From contig VMGC01000003.1 of assembly GCA_007376385.1 (NCBI GenBank), forward strand, positions 1-64,000: a stretch of DNA of 64,000 nucleotides. The letters run 5' to 3'. The notes below the pieces were generated by a model, which had not been told where the DNA came from, ran no database searches, and saw nothing but the letters and a program-made list of their open reading frames with translations. The position numbers were made by a program, and so were the translations under genes. This DNA comes from Parcubacteria group bacterium Gr01-1014_8. GTDB lineage: Bacteria; Patescibacteriota; Minisyncoccia; Phycocordibacterales; UBA2100. Positions 49,069 to 58,828 of this stretch are shown piece after piece; position 1 is the first letter of the stretch, and each line of letters opens with the position of its first letter.

Positions 49069-49703
49069 AGGTCTAGTATTCGCTGCGCCGCCGTCGCTTG
49101 TATGGAATAGGTAGTCTTTGTTTTTACTTTTGCTGCACCAGCAATGCCTTTCACGACAATAACGACTTTAGGCTGAACAGTATCACCCGGCGTAGTGCCC
49201 ACTACGTAAAACGCCATCTCTTCAATACTGACCTCTTCTGCCGTTATGGGAAATTCTGTTCCCCCTCCATTTTCAGATTTATATATTCGTTTCGTTTCTG
49301 CATCATATCGGTACCTCCACTGGTCATTAACATCACTTGAACTTCCGCCGAAAGGCTCGAACGCGAAGGACGTACCGGGAGTATCCGCGCAATCCTGCGG
49401 GATTGTCTGCGTCCCGCTGCCGCAATGATAGGTACTGCCCATGCGGATAGCGCGCACCATGCCATCAAGGGCTATGTTCAAATTATTCATCACTGATTCG
49501 AGCGCCCGAGCTTTTCTGTTGGCATCAATGAGAGAAACGAGCGCCCCGAGACCAACGAGCATAACGATCGCAAAGAGCCCCACTGAGACGACCATTTCGA
49601 CAAGCGAAAATCCGGGGGAGTGTCCTCCATGGAATACAGAACGCGAGGAATGAGGGTGAATCCCCTTTTTTTCCGTACTCCTTGCCGTTGATCTTGGTTC
49701 CAT
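49065..49703 (-). CDS. type IV minor pilin
   Basis: PGFSLVEMVVSVGLFAIVML prepilin motif. Confidence 0.7.
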   Translation of the reverse strand: MEPRSTARSTEKKGIHPHSSRSVFHGGHSPGFSLVEMVVSVGLFAIVMLVGLGALVSLIDANRKARALESVMNNLNIALDGMVRAIRMGSTYHCGSGTQTIPQDCADTPGTSFAFEPFGGSSSDVNDQWRYRYDAETKRIYKSENGGGTEFPITAEEVSIEEMAFYVVGTTPGDTVQPKVVIVVKGIAGAAKVKTKTTYSIQATAAQRILDL

Positions 49704-49704
49704 A

Positions 49705-50385
49705 CTATCGTACTGAGATCTGCCCTGTCGCTTCGACGATGATCGACTTCGTATCTCCTCGAGGTGAACGAACGACTATCCGCGCGTTCTGCTGACAATT
49801 CGCGAGTGAGAGAAGACACGAGAGATCATTCGCACTTATAAGCGCATCCGGTTCCGGTCGTCTAAAGAGAATATCCAACTTCGAGACCGCCGTACATGTG
49901 CTTGCGTCCGCACCTGCGGGTACGCAAAGCCTGCCGACCGAAAATCCACCTGCAAGCGTCGATGCTTGCTGCAGCTCGCACGTCGCTGAAGAACTGGAAT
50001 CAGGACAATCATACAAACCATTCTCGATGACCGCGTCCGCAAAGATCTGGTAGGACGTAGGGTCAGAACTCGCGAAATGCATTCCATAGGATGCCCCGAA
50101 ATTACCGGCGCCGAAGCGCTGCACGGCGATGCCATAGACTTGCGTCTGGCTTACGGAGAGGGCGACATCATACGTCAAATTTTCCAACGTTATTGCCGCC
50201 CCGAATTTTGAATAATTTGCCAGGAGAATTGATGAAATGATCACAAAGATTGCCGTAACAACCATGAGCTCGATCAGCGTGTATCCTCCATCAGAAGATG
50301 CTTCCGCCGCGTCAGAACCTTTTTTTGAACGCGTTCGTTCACTTCCCCGCACAACGCTTCCTACGGAAGAAAAGGAATGGATATG
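49705..50385 (-). CDS. type IV minor pilin (start uncertain)
   Basis: GYTLIELMVVTAIFVIISSILLA prepilin motif. The annotated 365 aa ORF overlaps pilD in another frame, so a later GTG/ATG start is assumed. Confidence 0.6.
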   Translation of the reverse strand, partial: HIHSFSSVGSVVRGSERTRSKKGSDAAEASSDGGYTLIELMVVTAIFVIISSILLANYSKFGAAITLENLTYDVALSVSQTQVYGIAVQRFGAGNFGASYGMHFASSDPTSYQIFADAVIENGLYDCPDSSSSATCELQQASTLAGGFSVGRLCVPAGADASTCTAVSKLDILFRRPEPDALISANDLSCLLSLANCQQNARIVVRSPRGDTKSIIVEATGQISVR

Positions 50386-51170
50386 CCGTATACGTTCAAT
50401 TGCCATACTAGTATGCAGCTTGCGATGAGAAAGGGACCAAAGGGAACCTCGCTCTCCATTGTAAAGCGCGGAGCGCCCCTGCTCAATGGAGTTATCCCAA
50501 TCTTCTCCGCATACGCAAGAAGCACAGGAAGCGGGAGTAAGATACAGACACTTACGACGGCACCGATAATGAACGCACATAGTATGGCAAAAGGACCCGC
50601 GATGGGTCCTAAAAGAAAACCAATAGTAAATGCAAGTTTTACGTCGCCGAGTCCCATCCATTTGCCTCTCGACACAAGCCACAGCGAAAAAAGCGGCGTT
50701 GCAGTGGCAAGAGCGCCAAGAACTACGTATGTAATTTGGGACGCCTCTTCCATCGCAAGGAGGCCATACACAAATGCGACTACGCCCGCTGCATAGCTCC
50801 ACACATCAGGAATAACTGTGTGGTATATATCGTACACAGTGATCGCTACAAAGAGTGCCATGATGAGCACTCCTAAGATCTTTAATTCGATAGGAAGCGG
50901 GGAAAGACCCACCAGAACAAAAAGTAGCGCCGTTCCTATTTCAACCAGTGGATATTGCAAAGATATGCGATTCTTGCAATAGCGACATGCGCCCCCTAAG
51001 TAGACAAAAGAAAACACGGGTACGAGATCGACAACCTTGAGTACCGTCCGACACGAAGGACATGCGCTTCTTCCCATCAAATCCCGCTTCCCTTCTCGCA
51101 GGATAAGCACATTCACAAAACTCCCAATGATCAACCCAGATGCGCCAAAGAGGAATGCTTCGAGGACCAC
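50361..51170 (-). CDS. pilD: prepilin peptidase (A24 family)
   Basis: N-terminal CxxC...CxxC zinc motif, 6 to 8 TM helices, catalytic Asp context. Confidence 0.85.
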   Translation of the reverse strand: MVLEAFLFGASGLIIGSFVNVLILREGKRDLMGRSACPSCRTVLKVVDLVPVFSFVYLGGACRYCKNRISLQYPLVEIGTALLFVLVGLSPLPIELKILGVLIMALFVAITVYDIYHTVIPDVWSYAAGVVAFVYGLLAMEEASQITYVVLGALATATPLFSLWLVSRGKWMGLGDVKLAFTIGFLLGPIAGPFAILCAFIIGAVVSVCILLPLPVLLAYAEKIGITPLSRGAPRFTMESEVPFGPFLIASCILVWQLNVYGISIPFLP

Positions 51171-51246
51171 AGGGAAAAGAATAGCACAACGCCCCCTCCT
51201 TGGGGGCGTTGTGTATCCGCTCTTTTAGGCGGTAGAAGACTTTCCC

Positions 51247-51756
51247 CTACGGCTTCACGCAATACGACGGATCATCACATGTGGTAGCGCCACCTGCGAG
51301 CCCCGCCCAAAGTCCGTCAACGTCACCGAGTGGAACCGCGCTAGCGCCTCCTTCGATAACTGATTTAATGACGTAGCTAGAGCACGGCACTGCCGTACAT
51401 GCTGCACCTGCCCCGTCGGCAGAAGCATACGAGTACACGTACGAACCACTGTTCGTCGGGTCACTTGATATCTGTGAGATGAACTGCTCTGTGACAAGAG
51501 CCCCAAGTCCGCTGGCAGCACCCATGTCTGTTGTGCCAGACACACCACCCGCAACAACTGCTGGGTATGATTGGTGCGCATCGTAGTACAACTCAAGCGC
51601 TAACTGCATTTGCTTCATGTCCGCGATGCGGCGTGCATCACGTCCCTTCTTTCGCGCGCTGTTCAAGGACGCAAGAACGACGGACGAAAGAATACCGATG
51701 ATGGCGATAACCACCAATAGTTCAATGAGAGTGAAGCCTCTCGATGTTCGATTCAT
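51247..51756 (-). CDS. pilA: type IV major pilin (PilA-like)
   Basis: RGFTLIELLVVIAIIGILSSVVLASL. Start is probably the internal Met before the leader. Confidence 0.8.
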   Translation of the reverse strand: MNRTSRGFTLIELLVVIAIIGILSSVVLASLNSARKKGRDARRIADMKQMQLALELYYDAHQSYPAVVAGGVSGTTDMGAASGLGALVTEQFISQISSDPTNSGSYVYSYASADGAGAACTAVPCSSYVIKSVIEGGASAVPLGDVDGLWAGLAGGATTCDDPSYCVKP

Positions 51757-51791
51757 AAAATAAGATTTATTACTAATGTTACTAATAATGG

Positions 51792-52265
51792 CTAATTGCA
51801 ACCGGATCGAACGCTTCCGTTTGCATCAACGTATACCATTCCAGGGGTCGTCCGGGGCCCCGTTCCGACTTCCAGATATGCACACGCTTGCCAATTCTGG
51901 GTAGTCGCCCCCCCTGTTGAGAGATCCGCCTGCGTACCGATGGCATAATCGCATGCACTGCCCGATCCTTCAGTGCAGGCGGTGGTGGAGCCGGAGGGAT
52001 CTTTATATGCCGACAGATCTGGCGTCGTACACGTGCTGACTCGAGCTGCCCCTGATGTGCAACCTACAAAGGTCGTAGCAGCTCCACCCGTATCAGCAAT
52101 GGCAACTGCGTTGCCTATTTGGCGAAGATCCTCTACGCGGCGCGTATCGCGGCCTTTTTTACGAGCATTATTCAAGGACGCCAAAATGACCGAGGACAAG
52201 AGCCCAATAACCGCAATAACCACCAATAGTTCAATGAGAGTGAAGCCTCTGTTTTTTTCTTGCAT
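51792..52265 (-). CDS. pilA: type IV major pilin paralog (PilA-like)
   Basis: MQEKNRGFTLIELLVVIAVIGLLSSVILASL. Confidence 0.8.
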   Translation of the reverse strand: MQEKNRGFTLIELLVVIAVIGLLSSVILASLNNARKKGRDTRRVEDLRQIGNAVAIADTGGAATTFVGCTSGAARVSTCTTPDLSAYKDPSGSTTACTEGSGSACDYAIGTQADLSTGGATTQNWQACAYLEVGTGPRTTPGMVYVDANGSVRSGCN

Positions 52266-52365
52266 AGCGGATCATTAACACAGCGTCTCCCCACTTTTCA
52301 CAGGGCGGCCGCCTAATTATACGGAATTATTGACGTCATTGGCGTCTGCCTGTGGATAGCTTCAT

Positions 52366-53574
52366 CTAGAGACCCGACGCAATGTTGTAGATAGGAACAA
52401 GAACAGCCGCGAGCAGTATTGCAACCCCAAGGGCGAGCCCTACGATCATCACCGGCTCGATAAGAGAAACAAGAGTATCTATTGCATTATTGACTTCCCG
52501 CCGATAGTAACGCGACATCGTGTCCAGAATATTGCCCATATTGCCGGTCTCCTCTCCTATCTTCATCATCGCGACGATGATACCCGGAACTTCCGGATGT
52601 TTGCGGAATGCTTCGGATACGGGGAGTCCCGCCTTCACATCGGTAGCAACTTCTGTTAATACTTTTTCATAGGTGACATCGCCCACAACGCTTGCAGTGA
52701 TCTCAAGCCCGCGCAGCATTTGAATGCCACTTTTTAACATTGTTGCGAGGTTGTCGGACATGCGGGAGAGGTAAAGCTTTCGATAAATGACGCCAATGAT
52801 CGGCATCTGCAATCTTGCTCGCGAGAGAAAAAGCATGCCGTTCTCGCTCTTGCCATATCGGAATATGAAAACGCCGCTAATAACAAGAAGGACCCCCAAG
52901 AGTAATATGTAGTTTGATAGAAATGTGCTTATGCCTATGACTATTCTTGTGTAAATAGGCACGGCCTGTCCTACCTCCTCAAGCATCAGCGCGAGACGCG
53001 GTATGACAAGAGTGAGCATAAGGATCATAACAACCACGAACGTAAGCAGAATGAACGCTGGATAGACGAGCGCATTTTTCGCTTTTTGCGTGATCTCATA
53101 GTTTCTGTCGAGGTACTCCGCAAGAAATGCGAACGTCTCGTCTAATTTACCCGTTTCCTCGCCGGCGCGAACCATGTTCACATAGAACGGCGAGAACACA
53201 TCTGGCTGACGCGAAAGAGCAGCCGCTATAGAGCTTCCACTTTGAATGTCATTCGCGACTTCAGTGAGTTTTTCGGCAAGCTTCGGTGTTCTCGCCTCAG
53301 CTGCTAGCAATCTGAATGCGCGAAGCGCAGATACCTGTGCTTCGAAAAGCGTGGTTATCTGGCGCGACACCATCACAAGATCGGAACTCTTTATCCTGTC
53401 AAATATCGCAACACGCGAAGTGAACGATTGCTTGATCTCAACCGGTTCTATGGAAGAGATGATCAAGCCTCTTCTCTGTATTGCGGTGATCGCAAGGTCT
53501 ATGTTCACCGCATCAATGGTGCCAGTGCGCTCTGTCCCGGTTTGATCAAGTGCTTTGTAAGAAAAAATTGCCAT
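52366..53574 (-). CDS. pilC: type IV pilus platform protein PilC (GspF family)
   Basis: Two T2SSF repeats, 3 TM helices, 402 aa. Confidence 0.9.
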   Translation of the reverse strand: MAIFSYKALDQTGTERTGTIDAVNIDLAITAIQRRGLIISSIEPVEIKQSFTSRVAIFDRIKSSDLVMVSRQITTLFEAQVSALRAFRLLAAEARTPKLAEKLTEVANDIQSGSSIAAALSRQPDVFSPFYVNMVRAGEETGKLDETFAFLAEYLDRNYEITQKAKNALVYPAFILLTFVVVMILMLTLVIPRLALMLEEVGQAVPIYTRIVIGISTFLSNYILLLGVLLVISGVFIFRYGKSENGMLFLSRARLQMPIIGVIYRKLYLSRMSDNLATMLKSGIQMLRGLEITASVVGDVTYEKVLTEVATDVKAGLPVSEAFRKHPEVPGIIVAMMKIGEETGNMGNILDTMSRYYRREVNNAIDTLVSLIEPVMIVGLALGVAILLAAVLVPIYNIASGL

Positions 53575-53595
53575 GAAAACAGAATATCGAGCTGT

Positions 53596-54657
53596 CTACA
53601 ACAACTTTTGCAACACATTCGGGTTTAGAGAATACTGGTACGCGCTTTCCACCGATATCTCCCCCTTCCCTACAAGTTCAGCGAGGGAACGGTTCATGTC
53701 TATCATTCCTTCAGTCGAGGATGTTTCAATGACCGTATTTATCTCATGAGTTCTCTTTTCGCGAATGAGGTTCGCGACCGCTTTATTATTTATAAGAAGT
53801 TCGTATGCCGGGATCAATCCGCCTGATATGCGCGGGATGAGACGTTGTGAGAAGATCCCGGCGAGAGACGCCGCAAGCTGAAGGCGTATTTGGTCTTGCT
53901 GGTTCGCAGGGAAAGTGTCAATGATACGGTCGATGGTCTGCGCGGCATTGTTCGTATGAAGCGTCGAAAAGACCAGATGACCGGTTTCAGCCGCTGTAAC
54001 AGCAGCGGCCATCGTCTCTGGTCCTCGCATTTCCCCTACCAAGAGAACGTCAACGTCCTCTCGGAACGCAGATAGAAGCGCGGAAGCGAAGTCTTTTGTG
54101 TCAATGCCAACCTCTCTCTGATCTATCAATGATTGTTTCGGAGTGTGCACATATTCTATCGGGTCTTCCACCGTGACGATATGTTCCATACGCTCCGTAT
54201 TGATGAGTTCGATCAAAGACGCAAGCGTCGTCGTCTTTCCTTGCCCCACCGGGCCTACCACCAAAAAGAATCCTTGTGATTTTCGCGCGAACGACTCCAA
54301 CACGTCGGGGAGATTCAATTCTTGCACGGAACGTATCGTCTTAGGGATAAGCCTCAGAGCGATGCCGACGGCACCGCGCTGAAAGAACGCATTACCTCTG
54401 AAACGGGTACCGTCCTCAGTCTGATACGCAAAATCTACTTCCTTGGTATCAAAGAATCGTTTCTGTTGTTCCGGTGTCAGGAGCGCTTTCGCGAACCCAA
54501 GCGTATCTTCCGGAGTTAGAACTGGTTCTTTCAACATTGGCGAGAGCGAGCCCGCTACGCGTATGGTGGGATGTGCTTCTGTTGAAAAATGAAGGTCAGA
54601 TGCACCTTCATGTATGACCACATTAATATACTTTGCCAGTGTTTGAGGATAATCCAT
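53596..54657 (-). CDS. pilT: type IV pilus retraction ATPase PilT
   Basis: GPVGQGKTTT Walker A, Asp box, His box, 353 aa (no N-terminal GspE domain). Confidence 0.85.
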   Translation of the reverse strand: MDYPQTLAKYINVVIHEGASDLHFSTEAHPTIRVAGSLSPMLKEPVLTPEDTLGFAKALLTPEQQKRFFDTKEVDFAYQTEDGTRFRGNAFFQRGAVGIALRLIPKTIRSVQELNLPDVLESFARKSQGFFLVVGPVGQGKTTTLASLIELINTERMEHIVTVEDPIEYVHTPKQSLIDQREVGIDTKDFASALLSAFREDVDVLLVGEMRGPETMAAAVTAAETGHLVFSTLHTNNAAQTIDRIIDTFPANQQDQIRLQLAASLAGIFSQRLIPRISGGLIPAYELLINNKAVANLIREKRTHEINTVIETSSTEGMIDMNRSLAELVGKGEISVESAYQYSLNPNVLQKLL

Positions 54658-54801
54658 ATGAAATCCCTAAGAGGAAAGCGAGTGTGTTGCTCCCTTCTCC
54701 CGACTCATGCACGCTACACACGACATTGTAACCTATTTTTTGTACGCACATGAGGAACTGTGTGAAGAAGTGGGATTTCTGTTTATACCTCTAGCGAGTC
54801 C

Positions 54802-54904
54802 GGGTGCCGGATGCGGTTTGTAGGGACCCCGCAGCCGACAGACGAGGACTCGAGGATTTTTCTAGAAAGAAAAATCCGTGCCCGGAAAACCGCATCCGGC
54901 ACCC
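54802..54904. repeat. 103 bp nested inverted-repeat element between the REC-domain gene and pilT
   Basis: Outer 18 bp perfect inverted repeat GGGTGCCGGATGCGGTTT...AAACCGCATCCGGCACCC. Inner 10 bp palindrome GGATTTTTCTagaAAGAAAAATCC. Confidence 0.6.
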
Positions 54905-54913
54905 TGCGAGCGT

Positions 54914-55360
54914 CTATTTCTTTCCTATGGCCTCCATCGTCATCGTGACCACCTCCGAAGGTATCATGCTTGCCTTAACGACATACTTATCGACACCAAG
55001 CTTTTCCGCCTGCACTTTGTCACCATCATTGCTCTGATTCGTGAGGGCTATTGTTTTTGCACCCTCCGCTAATTTCTCTTCTTTGACTCTACTCAAGAAA
55101 CTAAATCCATCGTCCCCTGGCATGACAATATCGAAAAGAATAGCCGCAGGCTTAAGACCTCCTCGAAGCACCGTGAGAGCGTCCGCTGTAGACTGGCATG
55201 CCTCAACCGCAAATCCCTTCTGCATGAACTTCATACTGTACATATCAAGAAGGAAGTGGTCGTCATCGACTAGCAGGATGGTTCCATTCTGCCCCGGGGA
55301 GGACGCGGGCATAGATGGCTTTTGCGGCCCACTCGCGCTATTTTGTTTTTCTTCAGCCAT
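54914..55360 (-). CDS. CheY-like response regulator receiver (stand-alone REC) in the pilus locus
   Basis: ILLVDDDHFLLDM...DIVMPGDDGF, phospho-acceptor Asp and conserved Lys context. Confidence 0.8.
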   Translation of the reverse strand: MAEEKQNSASGPQKPSMPASSPGQNGTILLVDDDHFLLDMYSMKFMQKGFAVEACQSTADALTVLRGGLKPAAILFDIVMPGDDGFSFLSRVKEEKLAEGAKTIALTNQSNDGDKVQAEKLGVDKYVVKASMIPSEVVTMTMEAIGKK

Positions 55361-55377
55361 ACAGGATCATTTCTCTT

Positions 55378-57123
55378 TTAAACATCTGTAGTCTCTGTTT
55401 CAGTTTTTGCTGCAACCTCCTTCTCGGTTTCATCTGCCAAAAGCAAGGTACTCAAGGAATCAATCTCAGAATAAGGAACCATTTTTGCGAACGACTTCAG
55501 CATAGCATCCTCTCTCATCGTGAGCATTCCCTGCGCGCGAGACACCCGCCACAATTCCGACTCGACGGGATTCTTTAGGACAATATGCTCGATGTCCGAC
55601 CCCATTTCCATGACCTCAAAGACTGCCATTCTTCCCTTTAATCCTGTCATGCAGCCGGGTGATTTCTCCGGTTCAAATATTGTGTCCGGTACCTTGAATC
55701 GGTATTTTTCCGGAAGACTTGAAAGCTGCTCTTCGATGTTCTTTCTGATAGATGGCGTCATGGGGACTTCCTTCCCTGTCCCTGCACAGAGTGTGCGCAC
55801 AAGCCGCTGGGCAACCGAAGCGATGAGAACAGGCGGAATAAGGTAGGGTTCCACGCCCATATCGATGAGCCTCGGAATCGTCCCAACTGCATCGTTCGTG
55901 TGGATGGTCGAGAGCACCAAGTGACCCGTAAGCGCCGCCTGCACGGCAAGTTTTGCCGTTTCTGCATCGCGGATCTCACCCACCATGATGATATCGGGGT
56001 CTTGTCGGAGTGTCGTACGAAGGCCAGTCGCGAAGGTGTATCCTATCTCAGGCCTGACTTGTGATTGCGTAATACCTTCCACGTAATACTCGATCGGATC
56101 TTCGAGTGAAAGCACGTTCTTATGTTCCCTGTCCAGCTCTGATAGCATTGAATACAACGTCGTCGATTTACCGCTTCCCGTGGGACCCGAGATGAGTACC
56201 AAGCCGTGCGGCTGTTTTATCGCGTTGCGTAACAATTTCAGATTTCTCTCCGAGAGTCCGATTGAATCGAGGGGAATAAATCCCTTATCACGGTCAAGGA
56301 TCCGAACAACAACCTTCTCACCATTGGATGAAGGAAATGTGGAAACACGAAAGTCTATCTGCCTTTGCTCAATAGAAGCAGAAAAACGTCCATCCTGTGG
56401 TTTTCGTTGTTCATCGAGCCGTATTGAGGCCAAAACCTTGATACGTGCGACAAGCGCTCGATGAGTATTTGCCGGCAGAATAACACTCGTATGAAGATCT
56501 CCATCCACTCGGTAACGAACGCGAACTCCCGTCGGTGTCGGTTCGATGTGGATGTCGGACGCATTACCATCAATGGCATACCTAAGGATAGTGGACACTA
56601 TCTTTATCGTCGGCGCATCCTCCTGAATGACTTGTGTCGGCCCCTCTTTCGGCTTTGCGTTCCCAAGGTCCAATAGCGCTTGATCCAATTCATCCGTCGG
56701 CGGCCGCGTGTCTGATTCAGTTTGCAAGTCAGACACCGCTTGGTCCACGTCACCACCGAGAACGCGATACATTGCAATGACCTTCTTGAGATCCTCTTCT
56801 GATATTCGGAACACTTTGAAAGGAACGCCGGTCTTTCGTGCGATGAAGTTCAACGCGTCGATGCCTTCGATATCATCCGGATCAACCATGCCGACTTCCA
56901 AGACTCCTTCTTCAAGAGAAACGGGGGCAAAACGATAGTGCTCCGCCGCTTCTTGCGGAATGAACTTCAACACTTCGTACGGGATTTTGGTGTCTCCGAG
57001 AGCCTTTGAAGGAATATCAACAGATATATCCCCCGCGGCTCCTGGGGAAAAGTTGCTCGGTACCGGATTTGTTACTATCGGCTGGATTATGGTCATACTA
57101 CGTTCATCAACGTCACGCTGCAC
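55378..57123 (-). CDS. pilB: type IV pilus assembly ATPase PilB (GspE family)
   Basis: N-terminal GSPII_E_N domain, Walker A GPTGSGKSTT, tetracysteine-like region. Confidence 0.9.
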   Translation of the reverse strand: MQRDVDERSMTIIQPIVTNPVPSNFSPGAAGDISVDIPSKALGDTKIPYEVLKFIPQEAAEHYRFAPVSLEEGVLEVGMVDPDDIEGIDALNFIARKTGVPFKVFRISEEDLKKVIAMYRVLGGDVDQAVSDLQTESDTRPPTDELDQALLDLGNAKPKEGPTQVIQEDAPTIKIVSTILRYAIDGNASDIHIEPTPTGVRVRYRVDGDLHTSVILPANTHRALVARIKVLASIRLDEQRKPQDGRFSASIEQRQIDFRVSTFPSSNGEKVVVRILDRDKGFIPLDSIGLSERNLKLLRNAIKQPHGLVLISGPTGSGKSTTLYSMLSELDREHKNVLSLEDPIEYYVEGITQSQVRPEIGYTFATGLRTTLRQDPDIIMVGEIRDAETAKLAVQAALTGHLVLSTIHTNDAVGTIPRLIDMGVEPYLIPPVLIASVAQRLVRTLCAGTGKEVPMTPSIRKNIEEQLSSLPEKYRFKVPDTIFEPEKSPGCMTGLKGRMAVFEVMEMGSDIEHIVLKNPVESELWRVSRAQGMLTMREDAMLKSFAKMVPYSEIDSLSTLLLADETEKEVAAKTETETTDV

Positions 57124-57222
57124 GCAAAAAACATGTATATCAGTGCTTCCCAGTATACCGCGCTTCGCTCGCTGTCACATTTCAACACTCAAGAACATCG
57201 AGACGGTCCCCTTCAAAAGCGG

Positions 57223-57585
57223 CTATCGGCGAGGCGACGTGCTTGTGGCCTGCTTTCCCTGTCCTGCATTGAGAGGAGCGAACGGATTCAAGCGTCCGAC
57301 TGGTTCAGGTATGATTTGACTCCCAAAATCCTGCAGCGTTTGGAAGGCAGGGTCTGAAAAAATGCTTCCCTCCAGAGCAACTGCACGTAGTTGAAGGAGT
57401 GTGGCAACGAGGTCTTTGTCAGACGCGGTGCCGGCCGTTGTAAAGTCTTCTGTTACCAACAGATCCGGCGAGCTCGAATCACCGCTGAGTCCAAACCACG
57501 CTCCCACGCCCACTATTATGGCGAGGCCGCCGATGACAATTTTGTTTCTAACTATCATTTCAAACATATTCATTATTTTAGCCAA
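57223..57585 (-). CDS. hypothetical pilus-associated membrane protein (PilP-like position)
   Basis: 120 aa with an N-terminal TM helix. Located between pilO and pilB. Confidence 0.3.
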   Translation of the reverse strand: MAKIMNMFEMIVRNKIVIGGLAIIVGVGAWFGLSGDSSSPDLLVTEDFTTAGTASDKDLVATLLQLRAVALEGSIFSDPAFQTLQDFGSQIIPEPVGRLNPFAPLNAGQGKQATSTSPRR

Positions 57586-58136
57586 TACGTCCTCACCGTT
57601 ACGTCGTAGCGATACGTCGGATTGACCTGGGTCTGCTGCCCCTCAGCATTCATCGAGAGTGACACGAGATCAACGATGCGCAAACTTTTCTCCAATTCTT
57701 CCATGAATTGCACAAAGCTTTCGTACGAGCCGGAAGTCGTGAATTTGAATGTTAGGGAGTCAAAGGCGCGATTGCCGCCGCCTATCACGCCGCTCACGGT
57801 TTTTGTAGCTTCTGCTGGCGTGCCAATGACGACATTCTGGAGTCCGAGCCCGAATCTGCTTGCGATATTGTCGAGGTCCAGAACGAGTCGCACATTGTCA
57901 ACGTGATCCGGCAGCAATTTATGCAAGCGTTCTATGTCTTGCGGATCAAACGCATTGTAACGGGAGAGGAGAGATTGTTTTAATCGCTGCAATTCTCCCG
58001 CCTTGTCCAAGGCCTGGTTATATTCAGTTATTTGCGCTTGCAGGACACGGGTTTGATCGTACGTCGGTTTCGTATAAAAAAAGAAGATCGCAACGGACAT
58101 TGCAAGTCCCGCAATAGCTATAATGGTACGTGACAT
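57573..58136 (-). CDS. pilO: PilO-like pilus assembly protein
   Basis: N-terminal TM, coiled coil, C-terminal ferredoxin-like region. Gene order pilM-N-O. Confidence 0.5.
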   Translation of the reverse strand: MSRTIIAIAGLAMSVAIFFFYTKPTYDQTRVLQAQITEYNQALDKAGELQRLKQSLLSRYNAFDPQDIERLHKLLPDHVDNVRLVLDLDNIASRFGLGLQNVVIGTPAEATKTVSGVIGGGNRAFDSLTFKFTTSGSYESFVQFMEELEKSLRIVDLVSLSMNAEGQQTQVNPTYRYDVTVRTYWLK

Positions 58137-58141
58137 ATATC

Positions 58142-58819
58142 TTATTGCGCGTCGGTACTCTCCGGTAGTCCTTCAGGAGGAAGCGGGAGAGCGCCGGTTG
58201 GTTGTTGTTGCTCTTGCACCTCCGGAGCTGCTACTGCGCCAAATTGGCCATACCGCAAGGCTGAAGGGTTTACGAGTGCCCCAAGGTCAAAGTGTACGCC
58301 GTCTATTTGCCTATTGATGTTAGAAAATATGGGACTTGCGATGGCGCCGCTTTTGCTGAGGTAATCCGCCTGCAAGGCTATCGAGTTTACACTCATGGCG
58401 ATACCTCGCATTTTTACGTTCATGTTATGCGCATCGACTGCTTGAAAATCAAGATTGGTGAACGCAACTGTCTGAAGCGTCAGTTGCTCAAGCAAATGGA
58501 AAAAGATGGAAGGTGCGATGTGTTCAGAGAGCACCTGGTCGGCTGCACTCATGCGGTCGTCCAAACGCGTTAATTCCTGGATGAGCGCCGGTTCAAACGC
58601 AGCCTTTGCTCTCTCGAGTTGTTCAAGCTTGCTTGAAGTGGAGGTCTTCAAAAATTGTTCATAGAGAAACACTCCGACCGCCAAAGCGACAGACGCCACG
58701 AGCAGTACTATCGCGATGAGGACAAAAAGGTCGGAGAGACCAGGGCCGCGACTATACGATGGCGCAGCCGGAATGGTCGCGTCCCGAGGAATGAATGAAG
58801 ATTTAATGCCGGTTTCCAT
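58142..58819 (-). CDS. pilN: PilN-like pilus assembly protein
   Basis: Single TM then coiled-coil. Immediately downstream of pilM. Confidence 0.55.
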   Translation of the reverse strand: METGIKSSFIPRDATIPAAPSYSRGPGLSDLFVLIAIVLLVASVALAVGVFLYEQFLKTSTSSKLEQLERAKAAFEPALIQELTRLDDRMSAADQVLSEHIAPSIFFHLLEQLTLQTVAFTNLDFQAVDAHNMNVKMRGIAMSVNSIALQADYLSKSGAIASPIFSNINRQIDGVHFDLGALVNPSALRYGQFGAVAAPEVQEQQQPTGALPLPPEGLPESTDAQ

Positions 58820-58828
58820 AAAAACTGT

